A DNA stretch of 57,285 nt from a virus. A program made the position numbers and the translations under genes. Of this stretch, positions 43,179 through 51,054 are shown one piece after another. Under the pieces are notes generated by a model. It saw only the letters and a list, made by a program, of their open reading frames with translations, did not search any database and was not told where the DNA came from. How positions within the stretch are numbered: the first letter of the stretch is position 1; the number at the start of each line of letters is the position of its first letter. Location: IMG/VR virus record IMGVR_UViG_3300046057_000055, positions 1 to 57,285 of that record. One strand, 5' to 3'.

Positions 43179-44037
43179 CGACCATCCCCTCCTGGATGAC
43201 CTGCTCGATCACACCATCGAGCGTCTCGGGGTCGTCGCCGAACGCATCGAGCGTCGCCTGGTCGGGCTCGTTGAGCCCGTGGCGCTCGCGGAAGAACTCC
43301 GGATGCTCGATCGAACCTGGCTTCGCGCCGATGTGGAGCTGCGGGTTGCCCTGCTCGGGCAGCCCCATCACGTCGACGCGCTTGCCGATAACGATCACGC
43401 GCTCGCGATGCTGCGGGACGCCGTAGTCGGCGGTGTCGACCTTCTGCCAGCTGACGTGGTAGCCGCCGGCCTGGAAGGTCTCGCAGACCTCTTTGATCGC
43501 CTCGCCGTCGTGCATCGTCGCCAGCCCGGGGACGTTCTCCATCACGAAGTGGACGGGCTTGGCCTGGTGGACGATCCGGGCCATCTCCTGGTAGAGCTCG
43601 TTGCGCGGGTCGTCCTCCTCGCGCTTGCCGATGTGGCTGAAGCCCTGGCAGGGCGGCCCGCCGGAGATCGCGGTGAGCTGGCCGACGCCGACGCCGGCGG
43701 CCTCGAGGATCTCCCAGGTCGCGACGTCCCGGATGTCGCGCTCCATCAGGACTGGCGGCTCGTCCTGATCGAGGTTGTCGCCCTCGATCAGATTCCGCCG
43801 AAACGTCTCGGCAGCGTGTTCGTCCTGCTCGACCGCGACGAGGTTCTTGAACCCGGCCTGGGCAAACCCGAGGTCGAAGCCGCCGATGCCACTGAACAGC
43901 GAGACGTGCGTCGGCGGGTCGGTGTAGCCGATCCGCTGCTGGATCTCGGAGGGCTCCTCGTAGTGCTGGGTGCCGAGGAACGCGCTGGACTCCAGAAGCG
44001 ACTGGGGAGTCCCGGCGACGCCGGCGTTCTCACTCAT
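43168..44037 (-). CDS. C5-cytosine DNA methyltransferase (289 aa)
   Basis: Motif I LFSGIGGFDLGF, motif IV GGPPCQGFS and motif VI ENVPGL. ATG 44037 (8-nt overlap ATGAGTGA) is preferred over GTG 44046. Confidence 0.85.
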   Translation of the reverse strand: MSENAGVAGTPQSLLESSAFLGTQHYEEPSEIQQRIGYTDPPTHVSLFSGIGGFDLGFAQAGFKNLVAVEQDEHAAETFRRNLIEGDNLDQDEPPVLMERDIRDVATWEILEAAGVGVGQLTAISGGPPCQGFSHIGKREEDDPRNELYQEMARIVHQAKPVHFVMENVPGLATMHDGEAIKEVCETFQAGGYHVSWQKVDTADYGVPQHRERVIVIGKRVDVMGLPEQGNPQLHIGAKPGSIEHPEFFRERHGLNEPDQATLDAFGDDPETLDGVIEQVIQEGMVDAE

Positions 44038-44212
44038 CGCGACCACCTCGCAGGAAACACGCCGGACACGGCAACTCGCCGGCCGGGTTGTTCGGTCCGG
44101 GACACCCCTCGTTTCCGGACGGGCACGTGGTGTCCTGATCGCCGACGCCAGCGCTCGTGAGCGTCGAGTCGATCGCGGCGGGATGCGAGCGGCGAGCGCT
44201 ACGCATTGTCAT
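44030..44212 (-). CDS. Small Cys-rich protein (60 aa)
   Basis: CPSGNEGCPGPNNPAGELPCPAC. ATG 44212 or 44206. Confidence 0.4.
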   Translation of the reverse strand: MTMRSARRSHPAAIDSTLTSAGVGDQDTTCPSGNEGCPGPNNPAGELPCPACFLRGGRDE

Positions 44213-44696
44213 CACCCCCGCCGAACCGCCCGGCTTCAGCACGCTCGAACGCTGGGTCGAGCAGGTCTTTCGCAGCCTCGCCGACGAGCGTCCGCAGCGC
44301 GGCCTCGTAGCTCTCCGGCCCGTCGCCGGGATCGTCGTCAAGCGCGAGTGCGCGCTGGGCCATCGTCGCGACCTGCCGCAAGCGCTGTTGGTCGACCGGA
44401 TGCCGGACTGGTCGGATCGAGTCCAGCGCCGCCTCGGTGGGGTAGCGCGTCAGCCGTCCTTCCGGGTAGGCGTAGGTCTTTCGCGGACTGGAGACCGTGT
44501 CCTCGCCCGCCGGCAAGAACACGCACTCAAGCACGCGGTCGTCGTCCTGGACGCCCCACTCCTGGGCCATCGCGTCGGCGACGTCGACGTGGTCGTGCTC
44601 GGCTGCCGTCTCGGTCGCGATCGCGACGACCTGGAGCGGCTTGTTCCGCGCCCGGTCAAGGACGACATCGCCGATGTCGATCTCGCGCTCAGTCAT
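44199..44696 (-). CDS. Hypothetical protein (165 aa) whose N-terminal domain is paralogous to 51246..51578
   Basis: IDIGDVVLDR...LQVV...DDRVLECVF...TYAYPEGRL aligns by eye with the 51246 product. Confidence 0.55.
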   Translation of the reverse strand: MTEREIDIGDVVLDRARNKPLQVVAIATETAAEHDHVDVADAMAQEWGVQDDDRVLECVFLPAGEDTVSSPRKTYAYPEGRLTRYPTEAALDSIRPVRHPVDQQRLRQVATMAQRALALDDDPGDGPESYEAALRTLVGEAAKDLLDPAFERAEAGRFGGGDDNA

Positions 44697-44823
44697 CGAC
44701 GTACACCCCCTCCTTGCCGGCCTCACAGTCGTCGTGTGGGCAGACCGATGGTGCGACGTCGCCCTCGCCGAAGTGGTAGCGGTTGCCGCAGGCGTACGTC
44801 GCGAACAGCAACTCACTCGCCAT
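44689..44823 (-). CDS. Zinc-ribbon-like mini-protein (44 aa)
   Basis: MASELLFATYACGNRYHFGEGDVAPSVCPHDDCEAGKEGVYVDD. GGAGGTGA lies upstream. Confidence 0.45.
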   Translation of the reverse strand: MASELLFATYACGNRYHFGEGDVAPSVCPHDDCEAGKEGVYVDD

Positions 44824-45055
44824 CGGCCTCACCTCCGGGAATCCGCAGGATGACCTCGACGTCGCCGCCCTCGAAGTCTGCGAGTGTCCGCTCGACGACG
44901 AGATCGTGCTCGCGAGCGAGGTCGTGGACGACGCCGGTGTCGATCTTGCCCTCGCTGTGCTCGGAACACTCGACGACCAGCTGGTCATCCTCGCGACCGA
45001 CTGAGACGCCGTCCGCGGCCGCGGCCTCGAGGACGAAGCGATCGGCGGCGCTCAC
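44813..45055 (-). CDS. Hypothetical acidic protein (80 aa, GTG start)
   Basis: ORF track. Overlaps the upstream stop by GTGA. Confidence 0.5.
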   Translation of the reverse strand: MSAADRFVLEAAAADGVSVGREDDQLVVECSEHSEGKIDTGVVHDLAREHDLVVERTLADFEGGDVEVILRIPGGEADGE

Positions 45056-45897
45056 GCGTCATCACCCCCGTTGGCAACGGTCACCGAATCCAACTGTCCG
45101 AGCTGATCGAGCTGGGACTGATCGGCGTCGACGCCGTCGTCCTCGGGGTCGGCTTCCTCCTCGTCGTCCTGGAGCTGCTCGCGCGCCTGCTGCTGGATCG
45201 TCTCGTCCTCGGCGATCGCCTCGGCGCTGCCGACGTCCTCGACGCCGGAGAACTGCAGGAGGACGTCTTCGATCCACTGAGCCATCTGGACCGGGCCCCA
45301 GTCGTCGGGCTCGTAGAGCTCGCAGTAGCCCGAGCCGGCGATCGTCCCCTTGAGCCGGACCCCGTCGTAGCGGACGGTGAACGCGAACTGGCTCAGATCC
45401 GACTCGAGGCCGTGCTTAAGGATCTCGTCGTTGGACTCGAGCGACCGGTAGAAGCTCCCCGCCTCGTCCCCCTCGCTCCAGATCACGCTCTGGAACGTCG
45501 CCCCGCGCTCTTCGACGTAGCCGGCGAACCCGTTGAGGTTGCCGTAGATCGCCGGTAGCACGAGGCTGCCCGTTGCGCGACTGATCAGCCGGAATACGAA
45601 CTCGCCGTCGCTGCTGTCGACCGCGACGAAGCCCGGGTTGGCGCCGGGCATCGCGAACCACCGACAGTGCAGCGGCTTCTTGAAGTCCTTGGCGAGCATC
45701 GAGATCTCGCCATCGTCGCCGATCGAGGGCGCCTCGCGCGTCTCGCTGCCGAGGTACGCCGCCTCGCCAGAGTAGATCCGGTCACCGTCGACGGTCTCCT
45801 GGACCTCTTCGACCTGGAGCGATTGCCTGTCGTCGTGGAACGACCCAATCTCGCTCTCCGGCGGACTGAGGAACAGCCCGAGGACAGTCCGCCGCAT
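45052..45897 (-). CDS. Hypothetical protein (281 aa)
   Basis: ORF track. ATG 45897 overlaps the upstream TGA. No motif recognised. Confidence 0.55.
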   Translation of the reverse strand: MRRTVLGLFLSPPESEIGSFHDDRQSLQVEEVQETVDGDRIYSGEAAYLGSETREAPSIGDDGEISMLAKDFKKPLHCRWFAMPGANPGFVAVDSSDGEFVFRLISRATGSLVLPAIYGNLNGFAGYVEERGATFQSVIWSEGDEAGSFYRSLESNDEILKHGLESDLSQFAFTVRYDGVRLKGTIAGSGYCELYEPDDWGPVQMAQWIEDVLLQFSGVEDVGSAEAIAEDETIQQQAREQLQDDEEEADPEDDGVDADQSQLDQLGQLDSVTVANGGDDA

Positions 45898-45912
45898 CAC
45901 CGCTCACCTCCT
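45894..45912. repeat. 19-bp junction repeat gcatcaccgctcacctcct, copy 1
   Basis: Identical to 47351..47369. Encodes ...GGER stop, a GGAGGTG Shine-Dalgarno-like sequence and GTGATG start on the minus strand. Confidence 0.85.
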
Positions 45913-47354
45913 CGAGCGCCACCGGGACCACGGAACGTCATGCCGAGCGAGCCGACATCGAGGTCGACCGGGTGGATCCCGCTGCCGTCGGCGAGCGTCC
46001 GGCGCACCACGCCCGGATCCGACTCGTAGATCTGCCCCTCTTCCTGGAGGAGCTTGAGTTGCCGGAGGGTGATCCGCAGCTCGGCGCCGCTGTCCGCGAT
46101 CGCCTCGTCGATCACGGAGCCGACCGGAGCGCCGTGTTCCGTGTCGTCGGCGTGCTCGTCGACGGCCGCCAGCAGCGCGCGGCGAGCCGCCCGTGCGTCG
46201 TCGGCGCCGACGTACGTGTCGCCCAGATCCTTCCCCTCGCCGTCCGGGACGCCGACGTCGTCAGTGTGGTCGTCGAGGTCCTCACCGTCGATGCCCTCGC
46301 CGTCCGCCCGAAGTTCCTGCTCGTCGTGGCCCTCGATCGACTGGACGGGCGTGACGTTTGCGAGGCTCTCGATGTCGACTGCCTTGCCCCAGCGCTCGCC
46401 GTCGCTGCCGTCGCTGACCTGGCGCTGGACCACGCAACTCGTGGCGACGTCGCCGATCTCCGGCGCGGACTCGCTGGCGTCGCGGCCCTCCTCGAACGTC
46501 AGCCGATAGCGCTCGCGATACGGTCGGCTCCGATCCTCGCAGAGCAGCGTTTTCCGGAACGGTCGGGCGCTGTCGGGGCTGCCCTGCTCCTGCTCGATCG
46601 CGACGACCGAGACCGGTTCGGAGCGCCGGTTCCAGATGGCCATGTCGCCCTCGCTGAGCATGTCGACCACCCGGATGAACTGGATCGGGTGTCCGGGCGC
46701 GTCGACCCGGACGCGGTAGTTGAGGCCATCGACGCCGCCGTCGGTCAGGATCTCTCGATCGGCGTCGTCGAGCACCTCGCGGTACTCGGCTGCGGCCTCG
46801 AGCGCCTCGCCGAACTCGTCGGCATCAGCATCGGAGCCGGCGACGTCGGCCGCCTCGCGGTGGGCCTCGCGAAGCGTGTCTTCCGGGACGTCCTCCGCGA
46901 GCGCGAACACGATCAGCGTCTTGCGCCACTCCGACCAGTCGGCCTCGTGCCGGAACGTGTGCGCGAACAGATCGCGGAGCACGTCGCCCGCGGCCGTCTG
47001 CTCGTCGGCAGGCTCGCCGTAGTCGTCAGCGTCGAACCCCTCGGCGCTGACCGCGAACGTTCGCAGCATCCGGTCGGCGTCGAGGTACGAGGCCGACAGC
47101 TTGACCAGCGAGAGGTCGGCGTCGTCGGGCTCATCGAGGAAGTCAACACCGCGCGCCTGTTCCTCGGCGATCTCGGCGAACTCCGCGATCGTCGCATCAT
47201 CGTCAACGGTGAGTTCCTCGATCTCGACGCCGCCGTCGGCGACGAGCTCTTGATCGTCTTCGCAGTCCCGATCGAGGGTTGCGCCACAGAGCGGGCACGA
47301 GACCCAGTCACCGGAGACCGCGACGTCGCAGTTCGGGCAGCGGTCGAGCGGCAT
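45897..47354 (-). CDS. Zinc-ribbon protein with a C-terminal wHTH-like domain (485 aa)
   Basis: N-terminal CPNCD...CPLCG. C-terminal ITLRQLKLLQEEGQIYES. Confidence 0.55.
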   Translation of the reverse strand: MPLDRCPNCDVAVSGDWVSCPLCGATLDRDCEDDQELVADGGVEIEELTVDDDATIAEFAEIAEEQARGVDFLDEPDDADLSLVKLSASYLDADRMLRTFAVSAEGFDADDYGEPADEQTAAGDVLRDLFAHTFRHEADWSEWRKTLIVFALAEDVPEDTLREAHREAADVAGSDADADEFGEALEAAAEYREVLDDADREILTDGGVDGLNYRVRVDAPGHPIQFIRVVDMLSEGDMAIWNRRSEPVSVVAIEQEQGSPDSARPFRKTLLCEDRSRPYRERYRLTFEEGRDASESAPEIGDVATSCVVQRQVSDGSDGERWGKAVDIESLANVTPVQSIEGHDEQELRADGEGIDGEDLDDHTDDVGVPDGEGKDLGDTYVGADDARAARRALLAAVDEHADDTEHGAPVGSVIDEAIADSGAELRITLRQLKLLQEEGQIYESDPGVVRRTLADGSGIHPVDLDVGSLGMTFRGPGGARGGER

Positions 47355-47369
47355 CACCGCTCACCTCCT
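47351..47369. repeat. 19-bp junction repeat gcatcaccgctcacctcct, copy 2
   Basis: Identical to 45894..45912. The two copies sit exactly at the two boundaries of the 485-aa gene. Confidence 0.85.
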
Positions 47370-47599
47370 GAGCGGCCGGCCGTCGAATCGTCTCGCACGA
47401 GATCGCCGCCACAGCCGCGATCGGTGCGGGCGTCAGCGCACTTCCACGCGCCGGCAGCGAACGGCTCGCCGCAGCGCGGGCAGTACCCGTCGATCTGGGA
47501 GATCCGGCCGTCGTGGAACGCCGTCTCGCTCGGGTGGATCGCCCGCTCGTCGTCGGCGTCGACGGCGTCGACGACCGCGCCCGCAGCGGCGGCCGCCAT
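47354..47599 (-). CDS. Small zinc-ribbon-like protein (81 aa)
   Basis: GYCPRCGEPFAAGAWKCADARTDRGCGG. ATG 47599 overlaps the PadR stop. Confidence 0.5.
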   Translation of the reverse strand: MAAAAAGAVVDAVDADDERAIHPSETAFHDGRISQIDGYCPRCGEPFAAGAWKCADARTDRGCGGDLVRDDSTAGRSGGER

Positions 47600-48009
47600 C
47601 AGGCATCGCCTCCGTCGACGTCGACGCGCTCGAGCGCCCATCGGAGTTGCTCCCTGAGCGCGGCCCGGCCGGTGGTGGTCAGCTCGTACTGGTTCGTCCG
47701 GTAGTCGAGTTCGTTCTTCGCGACGAAACCGAGGTCAGCCAGAGTGCCGAGGTTCGGATACAGACGCCCGGGTGAAATATCATCGCCGTAGTACGCCTCA
47801 AGTTCCTCCTTGATTGCGAGGCCATAGCGGGCCTCTTCGGCGAGGATCGTCAGTATCGTCTGCTGGAACGACGTCAGGTCGTGGTCGGCGATGGTGGTTG
47901 CGGCTCCGTTACTTGAACTGGCCGTATGAACTACGCTACCTGCGGGTAGGCTATCGTTACCGCCCGTAGCGGCCGGATTACTACTATCGGTCGTGTCGGA
48001 GTCGTGCAT
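47599..48009 (-). CDS. PadR-family transcriptional regulator (136 aa)
   Basis: ILTILAEEARYGLAIKEELEAYYGDDISPGRLYPNLGTLADLGFV. ATG 48009 chosen. Confidence 0.75.
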   Translation of the reverse strand: MHDSDTTDSSNPAATGGNDSLPAGSVVHTASSSNGAATTIADHDLTSFQQTILTILAEEARYGLAIKEELEAYYGDDISPGRLYPNLGTLADLGFVAKNELDYRTNQYELTTTGRAALREQLRWALERVDVDGGDA

Positions 48010-48060
48010 TGGATTCGTCGTGGTTCTGACCGGGCTGCGCCAACAGCTCGGGATCATTTC

Positions 48061-48147
48061 CGACCGACCAGCAGAAGGACCAGGCGAGGGGATGGGTTGA
48101 CTTTTATAAAGCCACCATCCTAACTCTCGCCTGGTCCTCGGATCGGT
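48061..48147. promoter_or_regulatory. ~87-bp imperfect palindrome centred on the TATA-like ttttataaa
   Basis: Matching arm blocks: cgaccga/tcggtcg, ggaccaggcgag/ctcgcctggtcc (12 bp, perfect) and ggatgg/ccatcc. The centre is at 48101..48110, about 95 nt upstream of the PadR ATG. Confidence 0.7.
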
Positions 48148-48236
48148 CGTGGTTAGCGGGCGATTCTGGGATCGTCGGCGCGCGTGGTCGGGCGGTCCAC
48201 CTGCCAGTGTAACACCCGGCCGCGCGCGAAACCGTC

Positions 48237-48452
48237 TTAGCCATCTACTGGGACGGCATCAGCGCCGGACGTGAGTTCGTCCTGTCTCTTCTCGGCCCTC
48301 GCGAGATGTTCCTCCCAGGACCCTTCGTCCTCGAGGAGGAACCGGACCAAGACAGCCTCCTGAACGACACCAGAGCGTGTGTTTGTGCCCTGGATCCGAT
48401 CGTCCAGATCGGACTTCATCCCGTCCGGCATGCTGATACTTGGGTTAGCCAT
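48237..48452 (-). CDS. Ribbon-helix-helix (CopG-like) protein (71 aa)
   Basis: ISMPDGMKSDLDDRIQGTNTRSGVVQEAVLVRFL. Confidence 0.65.
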   Translation of the reverse strand: MANPSISMPDGMKSDLDDRIQGTNTRSGVVQEAVLVRFLLEDEGSWEEHLARAEKRQDELTSGADAVPVDG

Positions 48453-48564
48453 TCATTGCCACCTTGGCATCTTGCTAACTTAGTCCTTTCCCTGTCTTGG
48501 CAACTTAGGCGCTCGCTAAGCAGATGGGTGAATGTTTAAGACGCGCATCTGCTAAACTGCTAAT
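48453..48564. promoter_or_regulatory. Divergent promoter/operator region between two RHH genes
   Basis: Inverted repeat agcagatg/catctgct (48519..48526 and 48546..48553) brackets the TATA-like gtttaaga. Direct repeats ttggca...acttag occur twice. Confidence 0.55.
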
Positions 48565-48759
48565 ATGGCAAGCCCGAGTTTCCAGATCGATGACGAGACA
48601 TTGGAGGAGTTCGATCAGCTCATCAACATCAAGAAGGCGACTGGGGACCTCCCGAGCGATGCCAATCGAAGTGAAGTCCTCCGCAACTTGGTCGAGGAGT
48701 ACATCGAGGGAAACGGGAACTCCTTGACGAGTTCGGTGGAGGTGATGATCGCTGACTGA
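48565..48759 (+). CDS. Ribbon-helix-helix (CopG-like) protein (64 aa)
   Basis: FQIDDETLEEFDQLINIKKATGDLPSDANRSEVLRNLV. It is the only plus-strand gene in the minus arm. Confidence 0.65.
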   Translation: MASPSFQIDDETLEEFDQLINIKKATGDLPSDANRSEVLRNLVEEYIEGNGNSLTSSVEVMIAD

Positions 48760-48767
48760 CATCGTTC

Positions 48768-49028
48768 TCACCGAATCTCCGTTTTGACAAGTTCGACGGC
48801 GTCGTCGATCCACTGCGGCCAGGCCGACGCTGGCGGGTCGCGATGGACACACCGTCCCTCTTCGAACTCCAGCGTCCACTCGTCGACGCCGTGGCTGATG
48901 GTCACCGTCCGGCCGCCGTCCTCCTCGTACGTCAGCTCCAGCGTCGCCGTGCGCTCGGCGCCGTCCTCGATCTCGCCGCCGAGGTCGCTCACGAGGTCGA
49001 TCGTCTTAGTCCGGGACTCTGTTGCCAT
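48768..49028 (-). CDS. Hypothetical acidic protein (86 aa)
   Basis: MATESRTKTIDLVSDLGGEIEDG... ATG 49028 chosen. Confidence 0.5.
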   Translation of the reverse strand: MATESRTKTIDLVSDLGGEIEDGAERTATLELTYEEDGGRTVTISHGVDEWTLEFEEGRCVHRDPPASAWPQWIDDAVELVKTEIR

Positions 49029-49089
49029 TACGACCAGACGTTGGCCGCGATTCAGCTTATAAATGGGCGCAACTTCCGACGTGAAAGAG

Positions 49090-50151
49090 TTAAGTAGTAG
49101 CGATTGCCCGATCGATCGGCGGCGCGATCGTATCGTCGGCGACCGTGAGCTGCCGCCCGCTGTTGATGCCGTCGTCCTCAACGAGGTCGTAGCGGATCAG
49201 GTCCTGAAGTCGGTTCCGCCGCGCCCGGCGACTGATCGGCGTCTGGTCTCGGTTTCGGTAGATCCGATCGGCCAGCTCATCGTACCGGGCGTGGAGCTCT
49301 TCGCTCGATAGCTCGCCGGTCTCGTGAATCAGTGCGTAGATGACGTGGTGGTGATAGCTCATCGACTCCAGTTGCTGTTTGAGGATGCGCTGTTCGGCGA
49401 GTTCGTAGCCGTCGTCGACGTCGGCGGTATGGATCGTATGGTGGTCGCGGCGCAGCGCGAGATCGGCGGCCGCCTTGAGCGTCTGGATCGCCCGCCGGGC
49501 TCGCCCGTCGACGTTGCGTGCGATCTCGTGGAGTTGCTCGGTCCGGTAGGCGCCGGCGTCGAGCCCACTCCCCGCCCGTACCCCCAGGATGTCCGTGAGC
49601 TCGTTCGGCGAGTAGCGATCCAACTGGATCGACCGATCCTCGATCCGGGCGTCGCCCGAGTCGTCGAGGCGGGCCCGCCAGGCAACCGGATCGTGGCAGA
49701 TCGCCACGGTCGAGATCTCCGGCAACTCGTCGAGCGCCACCAGGACATCCGCCCGCGTCATCGTGTGGGCTTCGTCGAGGACCACGATGTAGGGCTGGTC
49801 GATTTGGTCCCGAAGCGCTCGCTTGAGGTCGGTGACGTTCGACTGTGCACCGTCAGCCGACGCCGTCGGATGCTTGTCGAGGGCCGTCTCAAGGACGTCG
49901 CAGGGCGTCATCCGAAGACAGCGCAAGTGGGCCGTGGCGACGCCCTCCGCTTTGGCTTCGAGCTTGTCGAGCCAGTGGCGGACGAGCGTCGTCTTCCCCA
50001 CTCCAGACGGACCCCAGATCAGGACGTTGTCAGCCTCTCGCCCCTCCCGCACCGGCTGGAACGCACGCGCGAGTTCGTTGCGCTCGGCGTCCCGGTGGGG
50101 CAGCTGGCGCGGCAAATAGTCCTCATCGAAAACACCCGCATCCTGAAACAT
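49090..50151 (-). CDS. orc1: Orc1/Cdc6 replication initiator (353 aa)
   Basis: Walker A WGPSGVGKTT and Walker B VVLDEAH, with a C-terminal winged helix. ATG 50151 chosen, with the TATA box about 25-30 nt upstream. Confidence 0.85.
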   Translation of the reverse strand: MFQDAGVFDEDYLPRQLPHRDAERNELARAFQPVREGREADNVLIWGPSGVGKTTLVRHWLDKLEAKAEGVATAHLRCLRMTPCDVLETALDKHPTASADGAQSNVTDLKRALRDQIDQPYIVVLDEAHTMTRADVLVALDELPEISTVAICHDPVAWRARLDDSGDARIEDRSIQLDRYSPNELTDILGVRAGSGLDAGAYRTEQLHEIARNVDGRARRAIQTLKAAADLALRRDHHTIHTADVDDGYELAEQRILKQQLESMSYHHHVIYALIHETGELSSEELHARYDELADRIYRNRDQTPISRRARRNRLQDLIRYDLVEDDGINSGRQLTVADDTIAPPIDRAIATT

Positions 50152-50175
50152 ATGGCCGACATGACGCGGACGTGG

Positions 50176-50183
50176 TATATAAA
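50176..50183 (-). promoter_or_regulatory. TATA box (tttatata on the minus strand) for orc1
   Basis: tatataaa on the plus strand, 25-32 nt upstream of ATG 50151 (leaderless-type spacing). Confidence 0.5.
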
Positions 50184-50258
50184 GCACACCGCTATTTCCG
50201 ACGTCCATTCGTCTCGTGGACTCTCGCAAACTGATCGCGTAAGATGGAGAGCCGAACG

Positions 50259-50564
50259 TCAGCCGCCGGGCGTGTGACCGTCGTCGACGACGTCCAGGTA
50301 CCAGCCCCAGTGCGTAAATCGCTGCGGACAATCGGGTCTGTGGGGAAAGTCGTCGATACCCGCAGACGGCTCCCGCGTCAGTTTCGTCGCAGCGCCACAC
50401 GCATCGCAGACCAGCTCCGTGGGCTCGCCAACCCGACAGCCATCATCGTCGCCGGGCTGGGAAACGATGATCGAGAAGTGCGTGTCTGGGTCCGTGATCG
50501 ACTGGAAGATCGTGCTGGGCTCGATGCCGTAGCTCTGGCCGTCCTCCTGCGTCTCGCCACTCAT
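50259..50564 (-). CDS. Hypothetical protein with a CxxC...C motif (101 aa)
   Basis: ORF track. ELVCDACGAATKL...PDCPQRF. Confidence 0.5.
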   Translation of the reverse strand: MSGETQEDGQSYGIEPSTIFQSITDPDTHFSIIVSQPGDDDGCRVGEPTELVCDACGAATKLTREPSAGIDDFPHRPDCPQRFTHWGWYLDVVDDGHTPGG

Positions 50565-50665
50565 TGTTTCCGGTGTCCCACGTTGAACCCGTTCTCGCGC
50601 GAGGCCGAGACGACGACCTCGCGGCCGGTCTTCGGGACCGAGATGCCGATCTCGAAGCGGTTCAT
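50561..50665 (-). CDS. Hypothetical mini-protein (34 aa)
   Basis: MNRFEIGISVPKTGREVVVSASRENGFNVGHRKQ. ATGA overlaps at both ends. Confidence 0.4.
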   Translation of the reverse strand: MNRFEIGISVPKTGREVVVSASRENGFNVGHRKQ

Positions 50666-51054
50666 CGCTGCCCCTCCACGACGAGCAGCGCGACGTCGAC
50701 GTCGGGCTCGGTCCCGCCGCCCTCCTCGCGAGCGCCGACCATGTCGATCACGCGCGGCCGGGCGACCTGCGTCCAGCTGCGCTGGTCGATCGCCCCCAGC
50801 GCGACGTGGATCTCGACGAGAGCGGACTCGACGCCGAGCGGCGACCGCTCGATCTCGGCCGGCGTACAGCCAGCGCCCCAGATGCCGACGACCGTCCAGC
50901 GCGTCTCGTCGGCCGACCGGTTGACGCGGATCGTCGCCGGCTGGCCCTGGCGGATTACTGACCGGCAGCAGCGACACTGCTCGGACTCGCCGCCGCCGAT
51001 CTCGCGCCCGCGGAGCGCCTCCTCGATCGCGAGCTTCTCGAGTGCCTCAGACAT
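50662..51054 (-). CDS. Hypothetical protein (130 aa)
   Basis: MSEALEKLAIEEALRGREIGGGESEQCRCCRS... ATG 51054 chosen. Confidence 0.5.
   Translation of the reverse strand: MSEALEKLAIEEALRGREIGGGESEQCRCCRSVIRQGQPATIRVNRSADETRWTVVGIWGAGCTPAEIERSPLGVESALVEIHVALGAIDQRSWTQVARPRVIDMVGAREEGGGTEPDVDVALLVVEGQR

Noticed and set aside
50561-50977. The 138-aa ORF at 50561..50977.
   Set aside because: The N-terminal ~100 aa are R/G/A-rich shadow sequence overlapping 50662..51054. Only the last 34 codons (50561..50665) are retained, at low confidence.
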